The position numbers were made by a program, and so were the translations under genes. The notes beneath the pieces were generated by a model. That model saw only the letters and a program-made list of their open reading frames with translations. It searched no databases and was not told the origin of the DNA. A stretch of DNA of 57,912 bases from Eubacteriales bacterium. Lineage in GTDB: Bacteria > Bacillota > Clostridia > Oscillospirales > CAG-272. The DNA is taken from NCBI GenBank assembly GCA_045536065.1, contig JAZSMV010000008.1, positions 1 to 57,912 on the forward strand, given 5' to 3'. Shown piece after piece: positions 35,726 to 43,336 of this stretch (positions within the stretch are counted from its first letter, which is position 1; every line of letters starts with the position of its first letter).

Positions 35726-37495
35726 ATGGTAGATTTGAAAGCAAAACCCTATTATCTCTTGGAAGAGGATATTGATTGGGTAAAAAGGACTATCAAGGAA
35801 ATGACTCCCGAGGAAAAGGTAGGACAGCTGTTCTTTCAGCTTACGGAAAATCAGGACGAGGAGTATCTGCGAGAGCTTGTTGAGAAGTACCACGTGGGCG
35901 GATGCAGATACAACGGAATGAGTGGCGATAAGGTTTTAAAGCAGAATCAAATGCTTCAAAAGTATTCAAAAATTCCCCTCTTTATCGCCTGTAACCCCGA
36001 GCGTGGAGGCGACGGAGTATGCACCGACGGAGCTACCGTAGGATCGGGTATCAAGGTGGGCGCAACCGGAAAGACAGAGTACGCCGAGGCTATGGGTTAC
36101 GTTTCGGGTAAAACAATGGAGGCTGTTGGCTGTAATATGGCATTTGCGCCGGTGGTGGATATTCTATATAACCACGAGTGCGAGGAGGTACTTCTGCGCT
36201 CGTTCGGTAATGATCCAAAGCGAGTTGCCGCTATGGGAAAGGCATATATGGATGGACTTCACAAAACCGAGGGTCTTGCTGCCACCGCAAAGCACTTTCC
36301 CGGCAACGGTCAGGATTACCGTGATGCTCATATTTCTAACAATGTAAACTACTTCGGTCACGACAAATGGATGTCGACCTACGGGTATGTATATAAAGAA
36401 CTGATTGAGAACGGTCTTGAGGCAATTATGGGCGGTCATATACTTATGCCTGAGCTGATAAGGAATCTGAGGCCCGACATCTCTTATGATGATATGCTGC
36501 CCGCTACTCTGTGTTACGAAATAATGACTTCCCTGCTCCGCCACGAGCTTGGCTTTAACGGTGTTGTTGTTACCGACGCCAGTCACATGGTCGCTATGAC
36601 CAATCGTATGCCAAGGCAAGAGATGCTACCACTGTCCATAAACGCAGGATGCGATATGTTCCTTTTCTTCAACGATCCCGACGAGGATTTTGGGACTATG
36701 CTGGACGCATATAAGACGGGAATAATCGGCGAGAAGCGAATGACCGAGGCGCTTACAAGAATTCTCGGACTCAAAGCCAAAATGGGGCTTCACAAAAAGA
36801 AAAAGGGCAAATTATGCCCCGATTATAGTAATTTGCAAAGTATAGTTTACGATAATGATTGCAAATCAATTGCGACAAGGGTAAGCCGTGATGCTGTTAC
36901 TTTAGTTAAGAATATGCAGGATGATATACTTCCCTTATCTCCTCATAAGACAAAAAGGATAATGATCGTGCCTATAAAAGGAGCGAGTAATCCTCTTATG
37001 ACGCTTTTGGCTATGGCAATGGGCGACGGAGAGCAAAGGAAAACTCCTGCCGAAAAGCTGAAAGAGAGACTGGAGAAGGCGGAATTTGAAGCCTTTATCT
37101 ACGAGAGTCCTATCGAAAGGATGAAGGAGATGATTAAGGCAGGCGAAAAGCCAAGCCTTAATCTGTATTTTGCAGGCAAGCACGCCATATCGGACTTCGT
37201 TAAGAATCAGGATCTTGTAATTTCGCTCTTTGACGTTGCAAACGGTCATCCATCCTTTGGTCTTTCAAAGGGTGGTGGAGAGATTCCCTGGTACGTCCAC
37301 GAGCTGCCCGTAATCGGCATCAGCGTAAACAAGCCCACCATACTTGCAGACTGCCCTATGCTCCGCACCTATATCAATGCCTACGACTCTGCCGATCACA
37401 CAATGGATGCCCTTGTGGATGCACTCCTGACCGGCGACTTCCGTGGAAGTGATCCTATCGACTCCTTCTGCGGCATGTGGGATACGAAAATATAA
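35726..37495 (+). CDS. Glycoside hydrolase family 3, NagZ/beta-hexosaminidase-like, cytoplasmic
   Basis: Contains KVGQLFF, KHFPGNGQDYRDAH and VVVTDASHM (nucleophile region). No signal peptide. Confidence 0.7.
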   Translation: MVDLKAKPYYLLEEDIDWVKRTIKEMTPEEKVGQLFFQLTENQDEEYLRELVEKYHVGGCRYNGMSGDKVLKQNQMLQKYSKIPLFIACNPERGGDGVCTDGATVGSGIKVGATGKTEYAEAMGYVSGKTMEAVGCNMAFAPVVDILYNHECEEVLLRSFGNDPKRVAAMGKAYMDGLHKTEGLAATAKHFPGNGQDYRDAHISNNVNYFGHDKWMSTYGYVYKELIENGLEAIMGGHILMPELIRNLRPDISYDDMLPATLCYEIMTSLLRHELGFNGVVVTDASHMVAMTNRMPRQEMLPLSINAGCDMFLFFNDPDEDFGTMLDAYKTGIIGEKRMTEALTRILGLKAKMGLHKKKKGKLCPDYSNLQSIVYDNDCKSIATRVSRDAVTLVKNMQDDILPLSPHKTKRIMIVPIKGASNPLMTLLAMAMGDGEQRKTPAEKLKERLEKAEFEAFIYESPIERMKEMIKAGEKPSLNLYFAGKHAISDFVKNQDLVISLFDVANGHPSFGLSKGGGEIPWYVHELPVIGISVNKPTILADCPMLRTYINAYDSADHTMDALVDALLTGDFRGSDPIDSFCGMWDTKI

Positions 37496-37504
37496 TAAAA
37501 CAAA

Positions 37505-37543
37505 GAAAAAAACAACCGTGTCACGTGACACGGTTGTTTTTTT
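37505..37543. terminator. Bidirectional terminator (perfect 14-bp palindrome)
   Basis: AAAAAAAACAACCGTGTCAC|GTGACACGGTTGTTTTTTT, between convergent genes. Confidence 0.75.
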
Positions 37544-37555
37544 ACAGTAGAACGA

Positions 37556-39454
37556 TTACCAAATAACAATACGCTTGTCGGGAGCGATGTACATTCCGTC
37601 GCTCTCCTTAACGTCGAAGGCGGTGTACCACTCGGAGAAGTTTCTGGGAGGCATATTCGCACGGAGGATGGAGGGGCCGTGAACGTCAACTGCAAGAAGC
37701 ATCTGTGCATACTCGGGTCTTGCCTTCTGGCACCATACTCTAGCCCAGTTGTAGAAGTACTCCTCGTAGGATGCGCCCTCGGTTCTGGACATAATATCAA
37801 GAGTTACAGACATACCGCCGTTGTCGGCCATGTTCTCGCTAACGATAAATGCGCCGTTTACCTTACCCCAGGGAAGCTCGATGCCGTCAAACTGCTCGAT
37901 CATCTGATTAACCTTCGCCTCAAATCTCTTGAAGTCATCCTCGGTCCACCAGTCGTTAATGTTACCGTTTTCATCGCACTTTGCACCGTTGGAGTCGAAT
38001 GCGTGAGAGATCTCGTGACCGATAACCGCACCGATACCGCCAAGATTCTCGCTTCTGGTCTGCTTTAAGGAGTAGAAGGGAGGCTGAAGAATAGCCGCAG
38101 GGAATGTAATGTCATTTACGAAGGGATCGTAGCAGGCATTAACAAGATGGCCCGGCATAGCCCAATTCTCGGGGTTGGTGGGCTGATCAAGCTTTGAAAG
38201 CGCATCAAGCTCCTGGGTAGCTCTGAGAGAAATCATAATATCAAGGAGTGAATCATTGGGATTAAAGGTGAGCTTATCGTAAAGTGCTCTTACCTTATCG
38301 GGATAACCCATCTTTACACCCATGGTAGAGAGCTTAAGGATAGCCTTCTCCTTAGTTGCCTCGCCAAGAATCTCGTTAGTTTTAATACGTGACTTGTAGG
38401 TATCAATAATCTGATATACTATCTCGGTAATATCTCGCTTTGCTTCCTCACCGAAATACTTTTCACCGTAGTAAATGCCCACGGGCTCGGAATACATACC
38501 TGCAGCAAGGTTGTATGCAAACTTATCTATGGACTGCATCTTCGCAACGCCTGTAAGAGCACGCATATACATACCGCCCATGTCACGAAGCTCCTCGGAA
38601 AGATAAGGACAAGCCTTCAAAAGGCCGGTAACGTATGCCCAGTGCTTATAAAGCTCAAGATTTTCTGCATTAAATACCTTAGCAAAATCACCGAAGAATC
38701 TGGACTCGGTAACTACCACAGTCTCGGGAACACGACCGAAGAGATCGCCGAGAATAGCAGCAAAATCAAGAGTTGAGAGCATCTCTGCAACCTTGTTTTC
38801 ATCCATAGGATTATACATTTCGATATATCTGGACCACTCCTCGCTGGTCTTAACGAGTCCGCCAAGGATCTCGTCAAAGGCAAGGGTATCGGCAATATAT
38901 CTCTCCTGATCCTCTGCGGAAAGGTCGGTCTTTGCCATAACCATTTTCGCTACGCCCTGCCACATACCGAGTATCTGCTCCTTCTGAGCGGCCATCTCGG
39001 GCTTGTAATAGGATGCGTCGGGAAGAATAACGCTCGGGCCCTGAATGTATGTAAGGCGCTGCTTTGTATTCTTCATATCGGTATCTGCGCCAATGTTAAT
39101 AGGCAGCGAAATGCCTCTGAGAGTAAGGCTCTTATACAAGCGACTAAAGTCCTCTACCGACTTGATTTCGTCAAGAATAGCAAGGTTTTTAAGTGCGGGA
39201 GCAATACCGTATTTTTCCTTTCTGTCGGCATCCTTTGCGATAGCATAAAGCTGGCAGGCTCTTTCCATATGCTCGTTGGGATAAGCCTTGCTCTCGGCCA
39301 TAGCCTCGAACTCGCTCATCATAATCTTCTCTACGCTGTCCGCAAGCTCGATAAATCCGCCTGCGCAGGGCTTGTCATCGGGAATTACAAGCTCATCAAG
39401 CTTTTTCTGATTGACGAAGGTATAAAGATCGTCCTGAATTCTGATGTTTTCCAT
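37556..39454 (-). CDS. pepO: M13-family zinc metalloendopeptidase (PepO / neprilysin-like)
   Basis: Contains VIGHEISHAFD (HExxH), ENMADNGG and a C-terminal ...IVIW. I took the start at MENIRIQDDLY (ATG 39454, AAGGAG upstream) rather than the track start at 39517. Confidence 0.8.
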   Translation of the reverse strand: MENIRIQDDLYTFVNQKKLDELVIPDDKPCAGGFIELADSVEKIMMSEFEAMAESKAYPNEHMERACQLYAIAKDADRKEKYGIAPALKNLAILDEIKSVEDFSRLYKSLTLRGISLPINIGADTDMKNTKQRLTYIQGPSVILPDASYYKPEMAAQKEQILGMWQGVAKMVMAKTDLSAEDQERYIADTLAFDEILGGLVKTSEEWSRYIEMYNPMDENKVAEMLSTLDFAAILGDLFGRVPETVVVTESRFFGDFAKVFNAENLELYKHWAYVTGLLKACPYLSEELRDMGGMYMRALTGVAKMQSIDKFAYNLAAGMYSEPVGIYYGEKYFGEEAKRDITEIVYQIIDTYKSRIKTNEILGEATKEKAILKLSTMGVKMGYPDKVRALYDKLTFNPNDSLLDIMISLRATQELDALSKLDQPTNPENWAMPGHLVNACYDPFVNDITFPAAILQPPFYSLKQTRSENLGGIGAVIGHEISHAFDSNGAKCDENGNINDWWTEDDFKRFEAKVNQMIEQFDGIELPWGKVNGAFIVSENMADNGGMSVTLDIMSRTEGASYEEYFYNWARVWCQKARPEYAQMLLAVDVHGPSILRANMPPRNFSEWYTAFDVKESDGMYIAPDKRIVIW

Positions 39455-39505
39455 AAGTGTCTCCTTTTTACACAATCTCGGCATAGCCGAACTTGCTTTT
39501 GCTCT

Positions 39506-39534
39506 ATTGTAGCACAAAATTTTCTAAAATACAA
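39506..39534 (-). promoter_or_regulatory. Promoter for pepO
   Basis: On the minus strand: TTGTAT (39534..39529), a 17-nt spacer ending in TGC, then TACAAT (39511..39506). Confidence 0.45.
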
Positions 39535-39615
39535 TATGAAATCGCCCTGAACTCAAAATTTGTTTAAATTTTAAAGATTTTTCACATTTTTTTTGAAAGC
39601 ACGAGGCCGAGCGCC

Positions 39616-39666
39616 CTTCGGACAAATTGCTGAAGCAATTTTCTCCCTATTTCAAATCCCACCGCC
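39616..39666 (+). repeat. Copy A of a 51-bp conserved intergenic element
   Basis: CTTCGGACAAATTGCTGAAGCAATTTTCTCCCTATTTCAAATCCCACCGCC. It is identical, apart from one base in copy B, to 41006..41056 and 41172..41222, and contains the AATTGC-tgaa-GCAATT hairpin. Confidence 0.85.
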
Positions 39667-39671
39667 CATAC

Positions 39672-39703
39672 AAAAAAGCAGACCGCAAAGGGTCTGCTTT
39701 TTT
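39672..39703. terminator. Bidirectional terminator after the lipoprotein gene
   Basis: AAAAAAGCAGACC-gcaaa-GGGTCTGCTTTTTT. Confidence 0.7.
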
Positions 39704-39721
39704 ATGCTTTTAGTTATTATT

Positions 39722-40798
39722 TTATTTTTCGTACCCGGCGGACATGCTGTAGAAATATGTTCCATCCTCAAAATACGCACTCGCTCCGCCTTCGGTGCAA
39801 ATAATATATATCATAATGCCGTTAAAATCGTATACAAAGAACCGATCGGAATACTTTTCAAAGAAAATGCTTAACTGCGAAGGATAGCTACCCTGCAACT
39901 TACTGCGATTATAGGTCATCGCTTTTTCTCTACTTGTAGCCCTGAATACCATTGAGCGTATAGGGTTCTGGGGGCTGGTACAACAGGGGTCAATTACGCC
40001 GTAACCGATAGAAAAGCGACTCATAGTCTCTCTACCCGTTCCCTCGTCAAGAGAAGCAGATATAGGCATTTCCATTATAACGTCAATAGATGAAATAGGA
40101 TTATCTGGCACGGAGCTGAATTTTGCGGGATAATAAACCGAATCCTTGAGATAGCTTAGATAATCGGTGCTTATATAATCGGGATTTTCTTCATTTTCAG
40201 CAAAATAATAATTCCAACACTTTACCTGCTCATCATAGCTGTTGATTCGGGTATTAACATCAAACTCACCTACTCCTATGTACGGCTCTGTAAATTCATA
40301 GCGCTGTATTGAAAGAAGCATTTCTCGGAACTCCGGGAATTGGGCCAGGTCGTCAACAGAATCAATGGTAACGTATCCGTTGCGCTCAAAGTCAAAATCA
40401 ACGACGTTGTAATTCACCTTGGTCGTCTTACCGTTATAGGTGATAGAAAGCTCGTTGTCCTGTCCTAACTCATACAAGTAAATATAATAGAAAACTTGAC
40501 CTTTTATCTTAGAATAGTTGGTGTAATATACGGCGGCGTTTTCCTCGTTATATTCAATCTGAACGTCCTTATAGGTTTCCTCATTGACCTCTGCGTCTTC
40601 TCCCAGGTCAACAGTAATTAGGTGACTTTGAGAAATCTCAAAATCAACGCTATTAAAGCCGATAACGTCCTCAATAGTTACCTTAAACTCGTCGTTAAAA
40701 CCAATCCACTGCGGCTCAAAAATACCGCAGCTTACCAATGGTAAAAACAGCATCAGTAGCATAACTGCTAAAAGCAAAATACCTGTCGTTCGTTTCAT
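39722..40798 (-). CDS. Lipoprotein of unknown function (358 aa)
   Basis: Starts MKRTTGILLLAVMLLMLFLPLVSC|G (lipobox) at ATG 40798. I recognise no family. The gene is bounded by copies of the 51-bp element. Confidence 0.6.
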   Translation of the reverse strand: MKRTTGILLLAVMLLMLFLPLVSCGIFEPQWIGFNDEFKVTIEDVIGFNSVDFEISQSHLITVDLGEDAEVNEETYKDVQIEYNEENAAVYYTNYSKIKGQVFYYIYLYELGQDNELSITYNGKTTKVNYNVVDFDFERNGYVTIDSVDDLAQFPEFREMLLSIQRYEFTEPYIGVGEFDVNTRINSYDEQVKCWNYYFAENEENPDYISTDYLSYLKDSVYYPAKFSSVPDNPISSIDVIMEMPISASLDEGTGRETMSRFSIGYGVIDPCCTSPQNPIRSMVFRATSREKAMTYNRSKLQGSYPSQLSIFFEKYSDRFFVYDFNGIMIYIICTEGGASAYFEDGTYFYSMSAGYEK

Positions 40799-41000
40799 CT
40801 GTAACACCTCCTTGTTTAGTAAGCCGATAGCTTGTAATTTAATTTTACAACATATTTCTAAGCTTGTCAAGTTTTTTCATAAGTTCCGTCAAAAAAGCCA
40901 TACGTCGAAAAAGTGTGAATGATGTTGCTCGTTTAGAAAACGATTGATAATCGTTTTAACACGAAGTTAGAAGGCTAGCCTGAAAACGGTCCACAGGACC

Positions 41001-41121
41001 GGTCCTTTGGACAAATTGCTGAAGCAATTTTCTCCCTATTTCAAATCCCACCGCCTTTATAAAGCAAAAAAGCAGAGCCCCAAGGACTCTACCTTTTTGC
41101 TTGGTGCAGGTGACGGGATTT
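41001..41121 (+). repeat. Copy B of a 121-bp unit (51-bp core, a terminator-like hairpin, and a 20-nt fragment identical to the tRNA-Leu 3' end)
   Basis: 41001..41121 matches 41167..41287 with a single mismatch seen (TTTGG versus TTCGG). The period is 166 bp. 41102..41121 (TGGTGCAGGTGACGGGATTT) equals the 3' end of tRNA-Leu. Confidence 0.85.
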
Positions 41122-41166
41122 CCGCCCGTGGCGGCCTTAGCCGACAAACAGTCCACTGGACTGTTT

Positions 41167-41287
41167 GGTCCTTCGGACAAATTGCTGAAGCAATTTTCTC
41201 CCTATTTCAAATCCCACCGCCTTTATAAAGCAAAAAAGCAGAGCCCCAAGGACTCTACCTTTTTGCTTGGTGCAGGTGACGGGATTT
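41167..41287 (+). repeat. Copy C of the 121-bp unit, running into the intact tRNA-Leu
   Basis: See copy B. Its last 20 nt are the genuine tRNA-Leu 3' end, including CCA. Confidence 0.85.
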
Positions 41288-41351
41288 GAACCCACACGTC
41301 TCTCAACACTGGAACCTGAAACCAGCGCGTCTGCCGTTCCGCCACACCTGC
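41268..41351 (-). tRNA. tRNA-Leu (anticodon CAG), class II with a long variable arm, CCA encoded
   Basis: The minus strand reads GCAGGTG-TG-GCGG-AACGGCAGA-CGCG-CTGGT-TTCAGGT-TCCAG-TGTTGAGAGACGTGT-GGG TTCAAAT CCC GT-CACCTGC-A-CCA. The acceptor stem pairs 7/7. Confidence 0.85.
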
Positions 41352-41428
41352 ATTAAGTTTTCGAGGCTTCATTTTCTGAAGCCTCGATTATTATATCATA
41401 TCGCTTTTGAATTGTCAAGCGAAATTTG

Positions 41429-43231
41429 TTATTTTGCCTGGGAGTTGTAAATTTCTCTGAACTTGGCAATGCAGGAGGCAAAGTCCTCGATCGCTCCGTC
41501 AACTACCTTGGGATCGGTCATATCGATTCCTGCAATGAGAAGCGAGTCAAGAGGAGACTTGGAGCCGCCGCACTTAAGGAATTCGATATACTTGCCAACG
41601 TATGCCTCGCCCTCGGTCTCGATACGCTTAACGATGGCGCTGGCCGCGGAGATGCAGGTAGCGTACTTATAAACGTAGAAGCCCGAATAGAAGTGAGGAA
41701 TACGCATCCACTCGTAAGCGATCTGCTTATCCTTCCAAACCTTAGGACCGAAGTAAGCCTTGATAAGCTTCATATAGGTCTTGTTAAGAACGTCGGCAGT
41801 AAGGGGCTCACCCTTTGCGCAGAGGGCGTGAGCATTCTTCTCAAACTCGGCAAACATAGTCTGACGGTAAAGAGTTCCCTTGTAGGTCTCCATAAGGCCG
41901 TCAAGGATAGACAGCTTCTCTGCATCGCTGCTGGATTCCTCAAGCTTTCTGTGAGCTAAAAGAAGCTCGTTTACGGTAGAGGCAACCTCTGCTACGAAGA
42001 TGGTATAATTGGAGTTGTGAGGCTCGTTATACTCTCTCGAGAAGTAGGAGTGCATAGAGTGTCCTGCCTCGTGAGCGAGGGTGGAAACGTCATCAAAGGT
42101 CTCGGTGTAGTTAAGAAGAATGTAAGGCTCGGTGCCGGGACAGCCTGCGCTGAACGCACCGCCACGCTTACCCTTTGAGGGATAAACGTCTACCCAACCC
42201 TTTTCCTTGAGGCCTGCGGTAAGGGTGGTGTGATATTCCTCGCCGAAGATCTTTACGGTCTCGAGAACCTCCTCAACAGCCTCCTCATAGCTGTACTTGC
42301 TCTCGCACTCACCGATAAGGGGTGCGTAAACGTCGTACATGTGAAGTCTATCAAGACCGAGAACCTCACGCTTCAGCTCATAGTAATCGTGGATAACAGG
42401 CAGAGACTTACGAACAGACTTGATAAGGCTGTTGTAGATAACAGGGGTTACCTCGTCACGGAAGGTGGACGCCTCAAGAGAGCTGCCGTAATTATGGAGC
42501 TTTGAGAGTGTGCGTCTTTCCTTAACGTAGCCCTCGTACATGGTAGCGAAGGTGTTGCCGAACTGACCGTAGGTCTTGTAAAGGCAGTTGAATGCGGCAC
42601 GTCTTACATTGCGCTCAGGCTTCATAAGAGTAGGCACGTAATTGGTGTCGGTAAGCTGCATATATTTGCCGTTTTCGTCACGAATCTTGCCAAATTGTAA
42701 ATCAGCGTTTGCAAAAATGCCACGAATACCACCGTGAGAGCCAAGAGCATCACCCATATTTGCAACAAGCTTTTCGCATTCATCACTAAGAGTATGAGGC
42801 TTTGTGCGCATAACGAGAGAAAGGTTGCGGCGGAAGGTTTCAAGACCGGGCTCCTCCTTGTACCACTCCTCAAGAGTTGCCTCGGGGACGCGGAGAATAT
42901 AGGGTCTTACGAACCAGCCGGCAGCAGAGGCAGAAACTGCGAGAGAACGAACTCTGCCCACTCTTGCCTGGTGAAGATTGTTGGCATTATCGGTGGAAAA
43001 ATGAAGCTCGGCGTATGTCCAGAGCTTGCTGATAATGTAATCAAGTCTTGCATCGTCAAGAAGAACTGCAAGCAGATCCTTAGCGCTCTGTGTCATTGTC
43101 TTCTCGTGCTTGGGGAATGCCTTTACGATCTGTTCAACCTCCTCAAAATCAGCCTTAAATGCCTCCTCTGTAGGATATATTTTGCTAAGATCCCATTTAT
43201 ACTTGGGGTCTATGTCTTTTCTGTCAAGCAT
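41429..43231 (-). CDS. pepF: Oligoendopeptidase F (M3B family)
   Basis: The 600-aa length, an N-terminal KYKWDLSKIY, and HEAGHSMH (HExxH) fit PepF. Confidence 0.85.
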   Translation of the reverse strand: MLDRKDIDPKYKWDLSKIYPTEEAFKADFEEVEQIVKAFPKHEKTMTQSAKDLLAVLLDDARLDYIISKLWTYAELHFSTDNANNLHQARVGRVRSLAVSASAAGWFVRPYILRVPEATLEEWYKEEPGLETFRRNLSLVMRTKPHTLSDECEKLVANMGDALGSHGGIRGIFANADLQFGKIRDENGKYMQLTDTNYVPTLMKPERNVRRAAFNCLYKTYGQFGNTFATMYEGYVKERRTLSKLHNYGSSLEASTFRDEVTPVIYNSLIKSVRKSLPVIHDYYELKREVLGLDRLHMYDVYAPLIGECESKYSYEEAVEEVLETVKIFGEEYHTTLTAGLKEKGWVDVYPSKGKRGGAFSAGCPGTEPYILLNYTETFDDVSTLAHEAGHSMHSYFSREYNEPHNSNYTIFVAEVASTVNELLLAHRKLEESSSDAEKLSILDGLMETYKGTLYRQTMFAEFEKNAHALCAKGEPLTADVLNKTYMKLIKAYFGPKVWKDKQIAYEWMRIPHFYSGFYVYKYATCISAASAIVKRIETEGEAYVGKYIEFLKCGGSKSPLDSLLIAGIDMTDPKVVDGAIEDFASCIAKFREIYNSQAK

Positions 43232-43264
43232 TTTTTGTTAGTTCCTTTCTGAAATATTACCTTT

Positions 43265-43293
43265 ATAGTATCATAAAGAAAAGCAAAAATCAA
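43265..43293 (-). promoter_or_regulatory. Promoter for pepF
   Basis: On the minus strand: TTGATT (43293..43288), a 17-nt spacer, then TACTAT (43270..43265). Confidence 0.4.
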
Positions 43294-43297
43294 TAGA

Positions 43298-43323
43298 AAA
43301 GAGAGGTTTTTAGGCCTCTCTTT
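43298..43323 (-). terminator. Terminator ending the pilus operon (after the 905-aa gene)
   Basis: The minus strand reads AGAGAGG-cctaaaa-CCTCTCT followed by TTTCTATTGATTTTTG. Confidence 0.5.
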
Positions 43324-43336
43324 GTAAATTTTCATA

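Noticed and set aside
41102-41222. Possible tRNA-like or tRNA-Sec-like gene. The AATTG-CTTCAGC-CAATT hairpin could present anticodon UCA on the minus strand (or GAA on the plus strand). An ACGGG-CGGAAAT-CCCGT-CACCTGC-ACCA T-arm/acceptor-like end follows.
   Set aside because: The span is ~120 nt. The putative acceptor 5' strand (GGCGGTG) pairs only 5/7 with CACCTGC. There is no credible D-arm, and the T-loop lacks TTC. The acceptor-like end is explained by duplication of the tRNA-Leu 3' end. A structured RNA is not excluded, but a functional tRNA is not supported.
39593-41289. Small ORFs 39593..39874, 40956..41180, 41007..41228 and 41101..41289, which share peptides such as FGQIAEAIFSLFQIPPP and LLKQFSPYFKSHRLYKAKKQSPKDSTFLLGAGDGI
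   Set aside because: The shared peptides come from the repeated 51-bp/121-bp DNA elements, terminator hairpins and the tRNA-Leu 3' end. The frames differ between copies, and there is no start context.
41001-41351. Integrated prophage or genomic island at tRNA-Leu, and likewise at tRNA-Gly (57303..57695)
   Set aside because: Duplicated tRNA 3' ends are present, but they are only 150-270 bp apart. No integrase, excisionase or phage gene occurs in the window, so only scars can be claimed.
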